This document shows, in pieces, positions 1 through 12,349 of a stretch of 64,000 nucleotides of DNA. Location: positions 210,366,001 through 210,430,000 of the forward strand of contig OZ024740.1 in NCBI GenBank assembly GCA_964016885.1, written 5' to 3'. The position numbers and the translations under genes are program-made. Each line of letters begins with the position of its first letter. Positions within the stretch are counted from its first letter, which is position 1. The notes under the pieces were generated by a model. It was not told where the DNA came from. It saw only the letters and a program-made list of their open reading frames with translations, and searched no databases. The DNA is from Eledone cirrhosa. Lineage: Eukaryota.

Positions 1-304
1 CCTTTTTTGCTTGACATTTATAGTGGGTTGAAAAATCATCTCTTGTCCATGTCCAGCAATAGTCTGCAAGCATTGTTGTGCTCCATTTGCCCTCTAACCC
101 CTTTTCCATGGTTGAAATATCTTGGTGAAACCTTTCACCATGTTCGTCACTAGCTACCCCACAGTTCGCTACAAAAAAGTCTAAATGTGAGTCCAAAAAG
201 TGGATTTTAAGTGACATGTTACATCCTATATTCTTGTAAGCCTTGATTAGGTTTTCAACCAATCCTTCATAGTTTCCTTCCCTTCTGTTTCCAAGAAATC
301 CCTT
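1..304 (-). pseudogene. C-terminal fragment of a DNA-transposon transposase, probably Chapaev3/CMC-like
   Basis: Manual minus-strand translation (not in the ORF track): KGFLGNRREGNYEGLVENLIKAYKNIGCNMSLKIHFLDSHLDFFVANCGVASDEHGERFHQDISTMEKGLEGKWSTTMLADYCW. The MSLKIHFLxSHLDFF...SDEHGERFHQDI...MLADYCW motif is a transposase C-terminus; the superfamily assignment is from memory. Confidence 0.75.
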
Positions 305-515
305 CGCCCCTGACTTGAATGCTTCCCAAGTAGATTACTCGTCCCAATGAAGGGCTGATTTAAAGTCACCATATTTAAGAAGCCCTCGAATCTGAGGACC
401 AATGAAGACTTTGAGAATGATTGCGCATATATTAAGTTATTAAATAAACCGTTGTATGTCTTACTTGATTTATATATGAATGTCAAAATATGGACAACAA
501 AAATATCTCCAACTA

Positions 516-892
516 CTCTCGGGTCCCAAATAATAGGGGTAGGGTGAAATAAGTGTGGGGATTGGAATAAACGGGAGTGTTGGAATGAGCAGGGTGTGGG
601 GTCGCAAATCGGTAATCTTTGTAGGTTGTATCCGTTGATTTTTTTTGGAAAAATAGAATTAGTCGTTCAGTTTACATATTGAGTCCCCCAACCCATCCTA
701 TTTATTTCATAACGTATGGGATTTCTGGTAATGTGCAGGAATGCTAGCAATTAAAATAAAATTTCGCCGGATTTAATAAGCGGGGGGAGGAATAAGAGAG
801 TGTGTGTGTGTGTTGTGGTGGTGGGGAGGTTCGAAGACGTCTGCAAAATTAATAAGCGGAGGAGGGGTGCAATTATTTGCGACCCGAAAGAG
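516..892. mobile_element. Degenerate MITE (Tc1/mariner/pogo-like)
   Basis: Imperfect terminal inverted repeats CTCTCGGGTCCCAAATAAT (516-534) and ATTATTTGCGACCCGAAAGAG (872-892); TA on the left, TG on the right; internal AATAAGCGG subrepeats. Confidence 0.45.
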
Positions 893-1061
893 TGCGAGCA
901 TAAAAATATTTGTAGTTGAAAATAAGAAAGAAAGAAAAAAAAAAGTACATCGAAAACTTCTGTCTAATGGAAGGGAGGTAATTAGAAATGTAATATGTTT
1001 TACCTCCCTTACACGCTTAAAAATCACTTAAGTATATTTTGAGCATTTGAGTAATATTACA

Positions 1062-1190
1062 GCGATCGATTTGGCAGAGTCGTTAGAGCGTTAAATATTT
1101 GTTCCGGGTTTCTGCGTTTTGAGTTCAAATCCCGCCGGAGTCTACTTTGCGTTTTATCCTTCCAAGATTGATAACAAACTACCAGCTTTG
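1062..1190 (+). mobile_element. tRNA-derived SINE family A, degenerate
   Basis: A-box-like TGGCAGAGTCGTTAG, B-box GAGTTCAAATCC, body CTTTGCGTTTTATCCTTCC...GATAA; similar to copies at 2741 and 61150. Confidence 0.65.
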
Positions 1191-1494
1191 TGTTGATGCA
1201 ACTCCCTCTCCTTCTAGCTGATTCATCCTGTATGTTCCGCTGAATCAGGGAGGGGGGGGGGGGTTTCAACTCGCGACAGCATGAGCACCAAGAGCCCTTA
1301 GCGAAATCATGGTACATACTACCAAATCAAACTCGATTGTGAATGATGTCTGTTCATTTTTTTCTGACGTAAGTGAAGTAAAATATTCTCTAGAAAGTTC
1401 AACAAGGGAGTAAAAATTGGATTGCTATTTTCTTTCAGTCAATATATTTAGGAACCCATGGAGACTTCATGGACAAGCAAAGTGGTAATTAACG

Positions 1495-1760
1495 TGTAAG
1501 CGGCTGAACAGTCCACAGACACGTGCCCAGTTAACGTAAATATCAGGGAGATTCCGCGTGACACAATGTGTAGCCATTTAAATTACAGGTACAGTCAATC
1601 CGACGGGTTTCCAAACAGTTTCCCTCTACCTAGTTTCACTTACAAGGAATGGGTCGACTCGAGGCAATGAAAAAGTACACATAACGAAGGGGCAGCGCAG
1701 TGAGATCGTACCCAAGTCCTAATGATTGCGAAGCAAACTTCTTAACCCTCCGGCTACGTT
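1495..1760 (-). mobile_element. Old tRNA-derived SINE (different family), degenerate
   Basis: The minus strand begins GTAGCCGGAGGGTTAAGAAGTTTGCTTCGCAATCA...GGGTACGATCTCACTGCG (tRNA-like head), followed by a SINE-like body. Confidence 0.45.
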
Positions 1761-2164
1761 GAGTCCACATACGTAAAGCTGCAGAATTGTAAACAGCTGC
1801 CGACAAGTTTAAACGGAGATGCGCGTTCAATTGTGGCAGGAATGATTTTGTTACAGCAACTATAAATGTATGTAAGTCTATGACAAAACAGTTTTAGAAA
1901 GTCAACATTTTCGAGAGAAAAAAGATGGACGATCTTTTCATTACGTAACAAAAGTATGTGAACTGAGAGCCACAGATTGTTGAGGCAGTAATGTTATCGG
2001 TCAATTGGCAGTTAGTAATGTTATCAGAAGAGTCAGCAGTTAGTATTCTTTCACCAACACAGTGCTGTGTACATGGCCATTTCTTTTAACCCCCAGAAAC
2101 TCAGACACCAAGTTGTAAATAAGTACCACTCAGGGGCTTACAGTTTTTTAGGTGGAGGGGACTA

Positions 2165-2452
2165 GATCAATTACCAGTTGAAATGGGCCCATATATTACA
2201 TTTTGTCCAGGTCAATTAGCAATTGACATGGGCTCTACCTTTCACATTTTGCCTGGGATCAACTATCAGATGAAATTGAGCCTACATTTTACACCCTACT
2301 TGGACGAATTATCAATTGAGATGGCGCCCGCAGTTCATATTTTTCCTAGGATTATTATCAATTGAAATGAGGCCTTCATTTCGATTTTACCAGGATCAAT
2401 TTTGAGTTGAAATGGAGCCTACATATCACACTTTGCTTGGGGTTATTACCAG
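2165..2452. repeat. Degenerate ~46-bp minisatellite, ~6 units
   Basis: Recurring GATCAATTANCARTTGAAATGGGNCCTACATTTCACATTTTNCYWG, with unit starts near 2165, 2210 and 2257. Confidence 0.7.
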
Positions 2453-2510
2453 CTTTGCATGGGCTTGGTCTCGATGAACCTTTTGGGGACAAGTACCTCA
2501 GATATGATTA

Positions 2511-2729
2511 TTGATTGAGCTGATAGAGCGTCGGACAAGTGCTTAGCAGTATTTGTTACGACTCTTTATGTTCTGAGTTCAAATTCTGCTGAGGTCAACT
2601 TTGGCTTTCATCCCCTCCAGGTCGGTAAAATAAGGCACTAGTAAAGTATTGGGGTTGGTATAATCGACCCCCCCCCCCCCCCGACACAAATTGCTGGCCT
2701 TTTGTTTAAATTAGAAATCATTATTATTC
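2511..2729 (+). mobile_element. tRNA-derived SINE family A
   Basis: GTTCTGAGTTCAAATTCTGCTGAGGTCAACTTTGGCTTTCATCC...GTCGGTAAAATAAG; ends in ATTATTATT. Confidence 0.8.
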
Positions 2730-2740
2730 TGTCAACAAAA

Positions 2741-2937
2741 GGGCGGTGGATTGGCAGTATCGGTAGAGGGTCGGACGCCATACTTTGACGCATATAGTTA
2801 CGGTCCTTGCCATTCTGAGTTCAAATCCCGCCGAGGTTAACTTTGCCTTTCATCCTTACGGGGTCGATAAAATAAAGTGCCAGTAATGCACTGGGTAATT
2901 GCTGGCCTTGTGCCTAAAGTAGAAACAATTATTATTC
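2741..2937 (+). mobile_element. tRNA-derived SINE family A (short subfamily)
   Basis: A/B boxes and GCCTTTCATCC...GGGGTCGATAAAAT body; near-identical to the reverse copy at 61150-61336. ATTATTCTGTCAACA occurs on both sides, like a target-site duplication (TSD). Confidence 0.85.
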
Positions 2938-3299
2938 TGTCAACATTGTTGACACAGATAAATGATAAGAAACAAACTTGGAAACAAACATACAGCTAAA
3001 AGAAATCAATAACACCAGAACCGGAGCTAGAAAAGTGAATTGGGCCAACCACTTGTAGATCGACCAATAACCACTGTTCACATCTTACACACACACAAAC
3101 TTGTATATATCACGCCTGTTGCTATCACCATATTTACTCGTTCATTACAACTACAAACAACCCAAGAACCCTCAATGTGATTGCTCGACCTACATTAAAT
3201 AGCAGCCAATTGTCAGGCAAACTATACCCAACCATCTTTTTAAAAAAGTGGTAGAGCTACATAGAATCCTATATATACTCGCTGGAAAAAAAGAAGAAA

Positions 3300-3620
3300 A
3301 ATGATAGTGCTGGTACCACGATAAGATACACCCAATACACTCTGTAAAGTGGTAGTCTTGGTGTCACAAAAACAAAAAAAACACCCAGAACACTCTGTAA
3401 AGTGATAGTGCTGGTGTTACGAAAAAATGCACCCAATACATGCTGTAAAGCCACCGGCGTTAGGAAGGGCACCCAGCTGTAGAAACCATGCCAAAATGTG
3501 GAAAGTGTGAGCAAGACGTAGCTCTCGAATCCGTCACGACTTGGATCGTGACGACCAGTCCAACCCATGCCAGCATAAACAATCGGACGTAAAATAATGA
3601 TGATGGTGATGATGATGATG
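3300..3620 (+). mobile_element. Non-autonomous RTE-derived (bipartite) repeat / SINE 3' part
   Basis: Three GTGCTGGTG...CACCCA...CTGTAAAG units, then GGCGTTAGGAAGGGCACCCAGC and the RTE-type tail GTCCAACCCATGCCAGCAT...GGACGTAAAA(TGA)n. Confidence 0.75.
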
Positions 3621-3759
3621 GAAGATGATGTTCAGTGCTGGAATGTCTTTACTTATAGGTTAGCTGCATCGAAGCTGATCAATGGTTAAAATAACAAGCA
3701 ATTCCAACAAATACAACAATATATAACAACAATATATATAATACAACAATATATAACGG

Positions 3760-3870
3760 CTGATGATATACATGTAAGTAAATATATTCCTTATCTGATA
3801 TTTTGTAACTAACCCTACGTAGATCGATAACGAAATGTGCGTACGATGTATTATAGAAACGATCGTAAAG
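3760..3870 (+). ncRNA. Degenerate hammerhead-like motif with long stem II (PLE pLTR remnant)
   Basis: CTGATGA-TATACAT...ATGTATTATA-GAAA-CGATCG-TA; palindromic stem III identical to that at 17085; stem I does not pair. Confidence 0.4.
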
Positions 3871-4194
3871 CAGTGAAGTATATTTCTAATGACTTGAATT
3901 TTTATTTCATTGTTTTAACTTATATTATGACTCTGTTTTCCTTTTGATGTTTTATTGTTTTCCGGGATTTATTTTAACCTACAACATTTTCAACATATGG
4001 ATTACATTGAGTTCTTCATGCAGACTAGACCCCACAATTAACCGTGGATATTTCTGTGTATATACATATATAGAGTAAAGTTGGTTTGACTAGACACGAA
4101 CAAAATCATATCAGTAGACCTCATGTAGATTATGATCTGAAAAGGTGTAAGGAATGTGGCAAGGAAATTGCTAGCATGGGAGGGATAGGAACAT

Positions 4195-4265
<71 letters not shown>

Positions 4266-4285
4266 GTATATACATGTAATATGTA

Positions 4286-4330
<45 letters not shown>

Positions 4331-4699
4331 CTGCAAACCTATGCATTGAACCACATTGTTAATAAGACAAAACATATATATTTGCTAGCATTGATATGCA
4401 TCTGTGTGTATATAAATGTTACTAGATATAATTATCTCCAATTCATTTGTCGAGCAATATTTGGCCATGACTGCTACTATGGTAGTAAGCTGGCCGCTGT
4501 CTTAATAACCACTCGCTTTCCACTGATTGACCTCGATGTCACGTGATTGATTCTTTTTGAATTTGCCACGGACGTAGAGGCAGTGATTTTCTCAATGGCT
4601 TGGAATCCAGTTCACGCATCGCTATTTCCATTCCACTGAATTATTTTTTTAATAAGTTTCCAGTGTCCTCGCTATGCCTGGAGACCTATACGGAAAAAG

Positions 4700-4782
4700 A
4701 CTTTCCTGATGACGGAATGATTTTCTATAAGTTTCTTCGGAAAATATATTTACTCCATTCCAGAAACTAATTAGTTGGAAGT
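4700..4782 (+). ncRNA. Type I hammerhead ribozyme candidate, extended stem II
   Basis: ACTTTC-CTGATGA-C-GGAATG...CATTCC-A-GAAA-CTAATTAG-TT-GGAAGT; stem I 6 bp with one G-U, stem II 6 bp plus inner stem, palindromic stem III AACTAATTAGTT. Confidence 0.65.
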
Positions 4783-4827
4783 GATTTTTTAGTAAGTAAG
4801 TTAATTTTATAATTTTCTTATTTTACG

Positions 4828-4867
<40 letters not shown>

Positions 4868-4895
4868 GATTTAAACTGAACTTTGATTATTGTAA

Positions 4896-4990
<95 letters not shown>

Positions 4991-4992
<2 letters not shown>

Positions 4993-5454
4993 AAATATCT
5001 TTAAGTCGTTTGGAAGCCTTGACAATGCAAATGGGTAAATCTCCGGGTAACAAGGTCCGGTGGTGGAGAGAGAGATGTAAGTGGGTGTACGTTGAGATGC
5101 GTTGTGTGTATAAGATGTGTGAGATGTGTAGAATGAAGGGAAGAGTATAAAGGAAAAAAACCCCAGTTGATGGATGTGAATCCGAAATATATAGGGACAA
5201 TTAATACTCTCCCAAGGTAACTCTCTCTCTTGTGTTGTTATTTTAATTTTATCCTTTATACTCTTCCCTTCATTCTACACATCTCACACATCTTATACAC
5301 ACCACGCATCTCAACGTACACCCACTTACATCTCTCTCTCCACCACCGGACCTTGTTACCCGGAGATTTACCCATTTGCATTGTTGAGGCTTCCAAACGA
5401 CTTAAAGATATTTACTTATTGTTCCACAATGCTTCAAGCAAACTTCAATACTCT

Positions 5455-5458
<4 letters not shown>
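4991..5458 (+). mobile_element. Short PLE-like inverted-repeat insert (family P1) between (TA)n tracts
   Basis: Inverted arms 4991-5154 / 5252-5415; the spacer holds an HHR-like GGAT-GTGA-ATCC-GAAA-TATATA motif; second copy at 21157-21555 has the same 3' end. Confidence 0.75.
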
Positions 5459-5523
<65 letters not shown>

Positions 5524-5528
<5 letters not shown>

Positions 5529-5771
5529 AATGAATATATGATAGGGTGGAAGCACTGATACAAGTATACATGTGTTCGTATTGCAAATGACCAAGTTATA
5601 TTTTAATTAGTATTTTTCAATCTAGCTAACTTGGTCATTTGCAATGCAAACACATGTATACTTGTATCAGTGTTCATCTCTATCATATATTCATTTGTAT
5701 GTATTACACGGCTCAGAAATATTCCTTTCTTTGAGCTATTTAATTGTAAAAGACTATTTGAGTTTATAACT

Positions 5772-5772
<1 letters not shown>
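5524..5772 (+). mobile_element. Short inverted-repeat insert (family P2) next to (TA)n
   Basis: Arms ~5524-5598 / 5627-5700, 28-bp spacer, then a unique tail with a GCTCAG...TTGAGC hairpin. Confidence 0.65.
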
Positions 5773-5841
<69 letters not shown>

Positions 5842-5860
5842 ATATATATATATATATATA

Positions 5861-8800
5861 GTTAAAACTTAGACGGGAACAAAACAGAGAGGCAGTACAA
5901 ATAAGAGTTTATTAGGTTCACGCTTTTGAGAGTGGGGGTGGGGAACGACGTTTCGGGCATAAGCCCTTCATCAGGAGAAAAGTGGGTAGGAAGAGAGTTC
6001 CGAGGGTGTGTGTGGAGTGGTGGAAAGACATTTTAAAAAAAGGGGGGGGGGCGATTGAAGAAGTACAAATAAAAATAAAAATAAACATAAAAATAAACAT
6101 AAAAATAAACAAGTGGTGGAAGGTTGTGAGGCGTGTAGGGGTGGTAGCGGGTGGAGTTGGGAGAGGGAGGTCCGAGCGGGGAGGGCTGAAGGTGGTGTTT
6201 GTGTATGTGTGTAGGTGTGCGTGTGTATGTGAATGTGAGAGTTGGGGGAAGAACGAGGTTCCATGTTCAGGAAAAGGTGTGTGTGGGGTGGGGTGTAAGT
6301 CGATGTGTGCGTGCGTGTGGATGGATGGAGAGGGGTCAGAGAGGTGAGGGAGGGGGTGTGTGGATTCCGGAGGCTGAGTGTGTATATGTGGGGATGCGCA
6401 CGTGTGTGTTTGTGTTTATATGTGGTGTGGATGTAGGTGGCGTGGTTCGAAAAAAAATGTGAGTGTTTGTTCGTGGGTAAGTTCCTGGGGTAGTTCCGTG
6501 GAGTGTGCAATGAGTTGTGGGATATTTTTCATGTTATGGAGTGGATAGCTGGAATAATGACCGGTGGTGTGGTCGTCGGAAGTGGAGAGATGTGGGGTGC
6601 GCGCGCAACAGGAAGGGGTCAGAGGGTCAAGGCAGGGTGAAGAGATAGCAGTAGAGGAGGATGACAGGTGGAGAAATGGTCTGTATGTGGTGAGGACTGT
6701 GTCTCTGTGTGTGCGGAGGTGCGGTGGACAGGGGAGGGGATGGGTAGGTGTGAAAGGTGGGGAGGAAGGTGGTGATGTGGGGGGATGGGGTGTATATTAG
6801 TGAAGGGGTGTAGGTGGAGCGGCGAGAGGGAGAGAAAAGGTGTTGGGGACGGAGGAGGGAGTGTAGTGTACTGGTGTGTGTGTGAGTGTTTGGATGAGTG
6901 TGTGTGTGTGGTGGAGGGGGTGTTAGTGGGTGTTAGTATTACTGGTGGTGGGAAAAGGGTTGAATGCGAGTGTGTTAATGGGGGTTAGTGGGGGTTGGGA
7001 GTGTGGAGTGGGTGGTGTACGTAGGTGTGGGTGGGTGTGGGTGTCATGGTGTGTGTTCGTGTGCGTGGGGTCGGGGGGATGTTAATGATATTAGTATTGT
7101 TAGTGTGGGGTGGGCCAAGGGAGTGGGGCGGTGAAAAGGGGAAGTGTGTTAGTGGTGTTATTGGGGGATGTGTGGGGGGAAAGGTGGGCGGTCGAAGGCT
7201 AAAGGAATAGGGGTGGGGAGTTCAGGCCGGTGGGGGGTGGGGGGTCTGTAGGGTGAAGATAGTGTGTTGTTCGACCGTGAGGCCGGTGGCGGGTGTTCCA
7301 TGGCATTGGAGTAGGCCACAGATTGTGAGGTGGTGGGCGGAATGTGCAGGGGAACAAAAGTGGCGGACGATGGGGGAACTCCCGCCGAGACGAATATCCC
7401 GGAGGTGTTCAGTGAAACGGTCCACCAGGCGACGTCCAGTCTGTCCGACGTAGGTTGCGCTCCACTCCGTGCAGCGAAGCCCATAGACTAGGTTGGAGGA
7501 GATGCAGCGGAAGGCGTGCCGGACAGAGAGAGAGTGGCCATTGGGACCCTGGAAGGTGGTGGTGTTTGTGATGTTGGGACAGGTGTGGCATCGAGGCCTG
7601 GAGCAGGGAAGGGAACCGGGGCGGGGAGCGTGGGTTGGGGGGAGCTGCGGACGAGGAGGGTGCGGAGATTGCATGCGCGTTTGAAGGAGGGGGGGATGAA
7701 GATGGCGGAGGTGGAGGGGTCGGACTGGAGGCGTCGGAAGAAGCGGAGGATGGCGCGGTCGAAGAGTAGGGTGGAGGGGTGGTAGGTGATGGGGAAGGGG
7801 AGACGGCAGGTGGGTGTGCGGTAGCGTGGGGTGAGGGCGGTGGAGCGGTGGACAACTCGGTCGGTGTGGATGAGGGAAGGGGTATAACCGCGGTGTGGAT
7901 GAAATGACTGACTAGGGAAAGGGTCTGGGAATCAAAGTCAGCATCTCTGCTGCAGAGGCGGCAGATCCGGAGGAGTTGGGAGTAGGGAATAGATTGTTTT
8001 GTGAGTGTAGGGTGGGAGGAGGTGAAGTCGAGGTAGGAGTGGGAGTCGGTAGGTTTGAAGAAGGCGGAGATGACGAGGGAGTGGTGGGAGGGGTCGATGG
8101 CGATGTATATGTCTAAGAAGTGGACGTGGGTGGTGGAGATAGGTGGTGAAGTGGAGAGGGGGTGGGGGGGTGGAAGGAGCAGAAGAAGGAGAGAAAGGAG
8201 TCAAGCTGTACTCGGGTGAGGGTCGTGGCCCCGATGCAGTCGTCGATGTAACGACCGTACAGTTCGGGCGTGGGGCCGGTGTACTGGGCAAAGATTTGGG
8301 CCTCAACATGGCCAAGAAAAGGTTGGCATAGTTTGGGCCCATTCTTGTGCCCATGGCTACCCCCGTGACCTATTGGTAAAACTCACCCGAGAAGGAGAAG
8401 TAGTTGAGGGTGAGGACCAGCTCCGCAAGGCGAAGGGTGGTGGGGTGGAGGAGATGGGGGAGGGGCGAAGGTCGAGGTAGTGCCGGAGGGCACGTAGGCC
8501 GTTGGCGTGGGGGATGACAGTATAGAGGGACTTGATATCTAGGGTGAAGAGGAGGGGATGTGGGCCGGGTGGGAAAGTGAGGGAGTCGAACAGGCGAAAG
8601 GCGTGGTTGGTGTCGGAGATGTGAGAGGGGAGGGTGGTGACGGGAGGGGGGCGAGAATGGAGTCAAGAAAGGCAGAGATGAGTTCGGTGGGGCAGTTGTA
8701 AGCGGAGACGATGGAGCAGCCGGGGTTGTCGGGTTTGTGGAGTTTGGGGAGGAAGTAGATAGTGGAGGTTCGGGGGGTGCGGACGATGAGGTGGGAAGCG

Positions 8801-9567
8801 GTGAGAGGGAGGAAGGAGGCGGAGACAAGGTGTTGGATGGTGGAGGAAACTTGTTGTTGGTAGAGGGGGTGGGATCGGAGGGTAGAGGGCGGTAGAAGAG
8901 GGGGTTACGGATGCCTGAGGGCTTCGGCCATGTAGAGGTCAGCGCGCCACACCACCACGGCGCCTCCCTTGTCCGCCGGTTTGATGACGATGTCATCTCG
9001 GCTACGGAGGGAGCGGAGAACGAGGAGTTCGCCCCGTGTGATGTTATGCCGTTTGGAACGGTGGCGGAAGTCGAAGCGATTTACTGCTACAGCAGGCGTC
9101 GATGAACGTGTCTAGGGTGCTAAATTGCCCTGGGGCCGGCGTCCAAGACGATGATCGTCAGCCCAAGGCGAGAAACGGGTCTAGGGCGTTCGGAGCCGGT
9201 GGGGTTTGATGAAAATATGCCTGTAGCTTCGTGCGTCGCACGAATCGCTCGACTTCCGTTCGGGTGCGGAACTCGTACTGTGCGGGGTGTGGGGTATGAA
9301 GCGAAGGCCTCTACTGGGGAATGAGCGCTCAGGTTCAGAGAGGGGGAGGTCAGTGGGTATGGTGACAACAAGTGGGGGTGGAGGGGGATAGGGGTGTGAG
9401 ACGAGGGAGGGAGTGTGTGGTGGAGGTTGGTGAGGAGGGGTGGGATGGGTGTGGGGATCACGGAGATGGATGAGGGCTGGTGGAAGGTGGTGGTGGGGAG
9501 GAGTGAGTGTAGCTTAAGGCTTTGGTGGAGGTGAGGAAGGAGAAGAGGTCATGGTTGAGGTTTTGGA
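5861..9567 (-). mobile_element. Penelope-like retroelement (Neptune-like RT + GIY-YIG), 5'-truncated and frameshifted
   Basis: RT motifs KPADKGGAVVVW, LPKLHKPDNPG, LDIKSLYT, GVAMGTRMGPNYANLF, YGRYIDD; CSRPRCHTC linker; GIY-YIG NLVYGLRCTE..YVGQTGRRL.DRF.EH (7222-7674); flanked by (TA)n; homologous to 36445-39982. Confidence 0.9.
5946..5975 (-). ncRNA. Minimal hammerhead core in the PLE 3' pLTR
   Basis: Minus strand CTGATGA-A-GGGC-TTAT-GCCC-GAAA-CGTCG; no clear cis stem I. Confidence 0.65.
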
Positions 9568-9728
9568 TATATATATATATATATATATTTAAAGGTTAAA
9601 CAAAGTTCAATGAATAAATCAAAGAATTAGTTTTACAATAGATTGGAAGCACTCAACAGTATGGTTTTCCGGAGTTATTAATATTAATTCAAAATATTAA
9701 CAAAAATAGAACTTCTTGTGATCAAGTA

Positions 9729-9795
9729 TATTTTATTATACATATTTCAGAGGTACTGAACTAATTTCAACAGTACGTCCTCATCGGATAAAATA
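9729..9795 (-). ncRNA. Type I hammerhead ribozyme candidate (CCGATGA core variant)
   Basis: Minus strand TATTTTAT-CCGATGA-GGACGTACTG-(12 nt)-CAGTACCTCT-GAAA-TATGTA-TA-ATAAAATA; perfect 8-bp stem I, stem II 9/10 paired. Confidence 0.65.
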
Positions 9796-11293
9796 AGATG
9801 ATGCATGACATACCCTGACAAAGTAGATGGTTAAGATCCAGTCATGGTAGTGAGTAAGATATGACAAAATTCAATATTTATATACCTTAAGATTGATACA
9901 TGAAACAACTTACATATAATACATATAATACAGAGGGTGCGTGTAAGAAAGCTTAAAAATACATAACAGCAATTTATATAACTGAGATTCAAATAATTAT
10001 TAAAGAAAGAGGAAAGAAGAAAAAAAGAAAGACAGAGAGAAAACAGATGAGGGGAAAATATAGCTAGAAGAGGTATAGAGAGCAAAGGAGAATTGATCAA
10101 GGAAAGGGAGACAAAGAGGAATAATTATAATTATAGGGAGGGATGAATTATATATATCTATACATAACTATACATTTGGGCATAGGTATGCGATAGAGTA
10201 AACTCGAATCTTTGAATTATTGAATTATCTAGAAATATTAATCTAAATCCTAAATATAACTGGGTGTAATTAATAAATGTTAATTTCCTTAGTTAATTAG
10301 TTATATATACTATCCAAACGTATCCGGTTGACCGTTAACTTTCAAATCATTTAAGTTAGTTCAGAGTAATGAATTAATCAAAGTGTATAATATTTCAGGC
10401 TATAAAAGTTTATAAATATCTGTATTAATATTAAAGTACACTATCATATTTAATTTATAAAATCATATTTTATGAATTCATATTTAAACTATCTGCAAAC
10501 ATGAGAAAGAAGACATGCTATTTTTCATCTTCACGAAGGTAATTCTTATTAATTTTATTATAATATATTTAATTATTTATATTATATTGAAGATAATTCG
10601 CATTATATAATTTATAAAATAATTACAGTTATAATTTAAAAAATCAAGATTAACAATTAGAATGCCTTAAAGCATCAAAAGGCCTTATAATTAAACTTAA
10701 AAAGTTTATTATTAAATTAGATATATGCATTTGTCTAAGTATAAACAAAGATTATATTGCCTAAAGGTTAAGATGATACATATCAGTTATAGACAACATA
10801 ATATAATACATTAAATAAGTTACTGATAATATTGTTAAAAATTAAGGTTTTAGATCAATTATCATAATAAGGTCATGTGACACATATATACTATAACTAT
10901 ACAAGTCAAACTTCGTGAATCATACGGATAAGAATCTGATTCAAAGTAAAAAAGGGAATTGTCTGCTATCTTAAATTTTTTTATAAATTTATATAGTAGT
11001 ATGATGTGTCTGCAAATATGAGAAAGAGAAAGCCTAAGGATTTCATTGACCCGAAGGTAACTCAAATTTAATTAAATAAAATAAAATAATAATCGTTATG
11101 TAACTTAGAAAATTTAGAAAGTATTTAGAACATATTTAACGATTATAACACTAGAAAATCATTAAAGTATCTAAAGTACTTATCAATAGTAATCGTTATA
11201 TAACTTAGAAAATTTAGAAAATATTTAGAAATTATTTAACGAAGACATGTATGTTTATATTTGTGTTTATCTCTCTTGTATATTCAATTATAT

Positions 11294-11358
<65 letters not shown>

Positions 11359-11359
<1 letters not shown>

Positions 11360-12339
11360 TAGCCGAATTACCCGCGCATAGCTGCGTTTCACACATTTTT
11401 TTTTGTAAGAAAATGATGATTGATTTTAAATGCATTTCAATATTACTCAATGTAAAATGTAATGCATGAAAAATTGGAAAACATTACCTTTTGTAATATA
11501 TCAAATCAAAATTACATTATTAAATCTTATTCTTATTTTGTTTCTTGTAAATAATTTTTTTTCAAAATATCAATTCAAAACTTGATCATTTCATTTTTGT
11601 GTAAAGCATTATTTTCAAATTAGAAATTCAAAGTTTAATTATTTATTTTTTAACATAATAAATACATGAAAATATATTTCATATTTTGTCCTAATGAAGA
11701 ACTTCAGGGTTAAACAACATTTCTTGTCTTTCTTTGATTGGCTAAAATGTAAAGATTTTTTGAAGTTCTAGTCCTTGAAACAGCCACATAAAACATGCCA
11801 TGACTGAAACGTGGGTTTGTCAGATCTATACCAATAGTTTTGAAAGTTTGGCCTTGACTCTTATTGGTAGTCATGACAAAGCATGGCCTCACTGGGAACT
11901 TCACTGTCACTTGGTATAAGTGGAATCCTCGGAATGAGAAGAGCTTGACCTTTGTAAGCCCCCCCCCCCCTCCCCCGAATATAATGGTTACTTCGATCAA
12001 GTTCTCTTGCAATCTTGTTACAATACATCTTGTTCCATTTATTGGCCAACATTTTCACTATAAGGGGGTTTGACCCCATTAGGGTGTCTTAATATTATTG
12101 AAATTTGCTGAAATTTTGTGAATAGCCATCATATCTTCTCATTTACCTAAACATTTTCAGCGGGGGTTTGTGCCCCCGGGAAACCCTTTGATTAAAATGA
12201 AATATACTTATCCAAGTACCCTGGGCAAAGTAGTTTCAGAAAATATATGGTTATGTGGGTCCATCTCCAAAGCCATAGGAGGAGTTCGTGAACAAACAAA
12301 CAAACAAACAAAACAGACAGGAACTACAACTTTATATAT
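11359..12339 (-). mobile_element. Helitron deletion derivative with a PIF1-like helicase C-terminal fragment
   Basis: ORF 11710-12012 contains FPVRPCFVMTTNKSQGQTFKTIGIDLTNPRFSHGMFYVAVSR (helicase motifs V/VI); the minus-strand 3' end is CGCAGCTATGCGCGGG...GGCTAG|T; (GTTT)n near the 5' end. Confidence 0.85.
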
Positions 12340-12349
12340 CATTTCATTT

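Noticed and set aside
5971-7210. Pro/His/Gly/Val-rich ORFs
   Set aside because: They fall in the compositionally biased PLE 3' non-coding region, and the frames are not conserved in the second copy.
10150-11250. Coding remnant in the AT-rich stretch upstream of the 9729 hammerhead
   Set aside because: Internal degenerate repeats are visible, but I recovered no recognisable protein motif.
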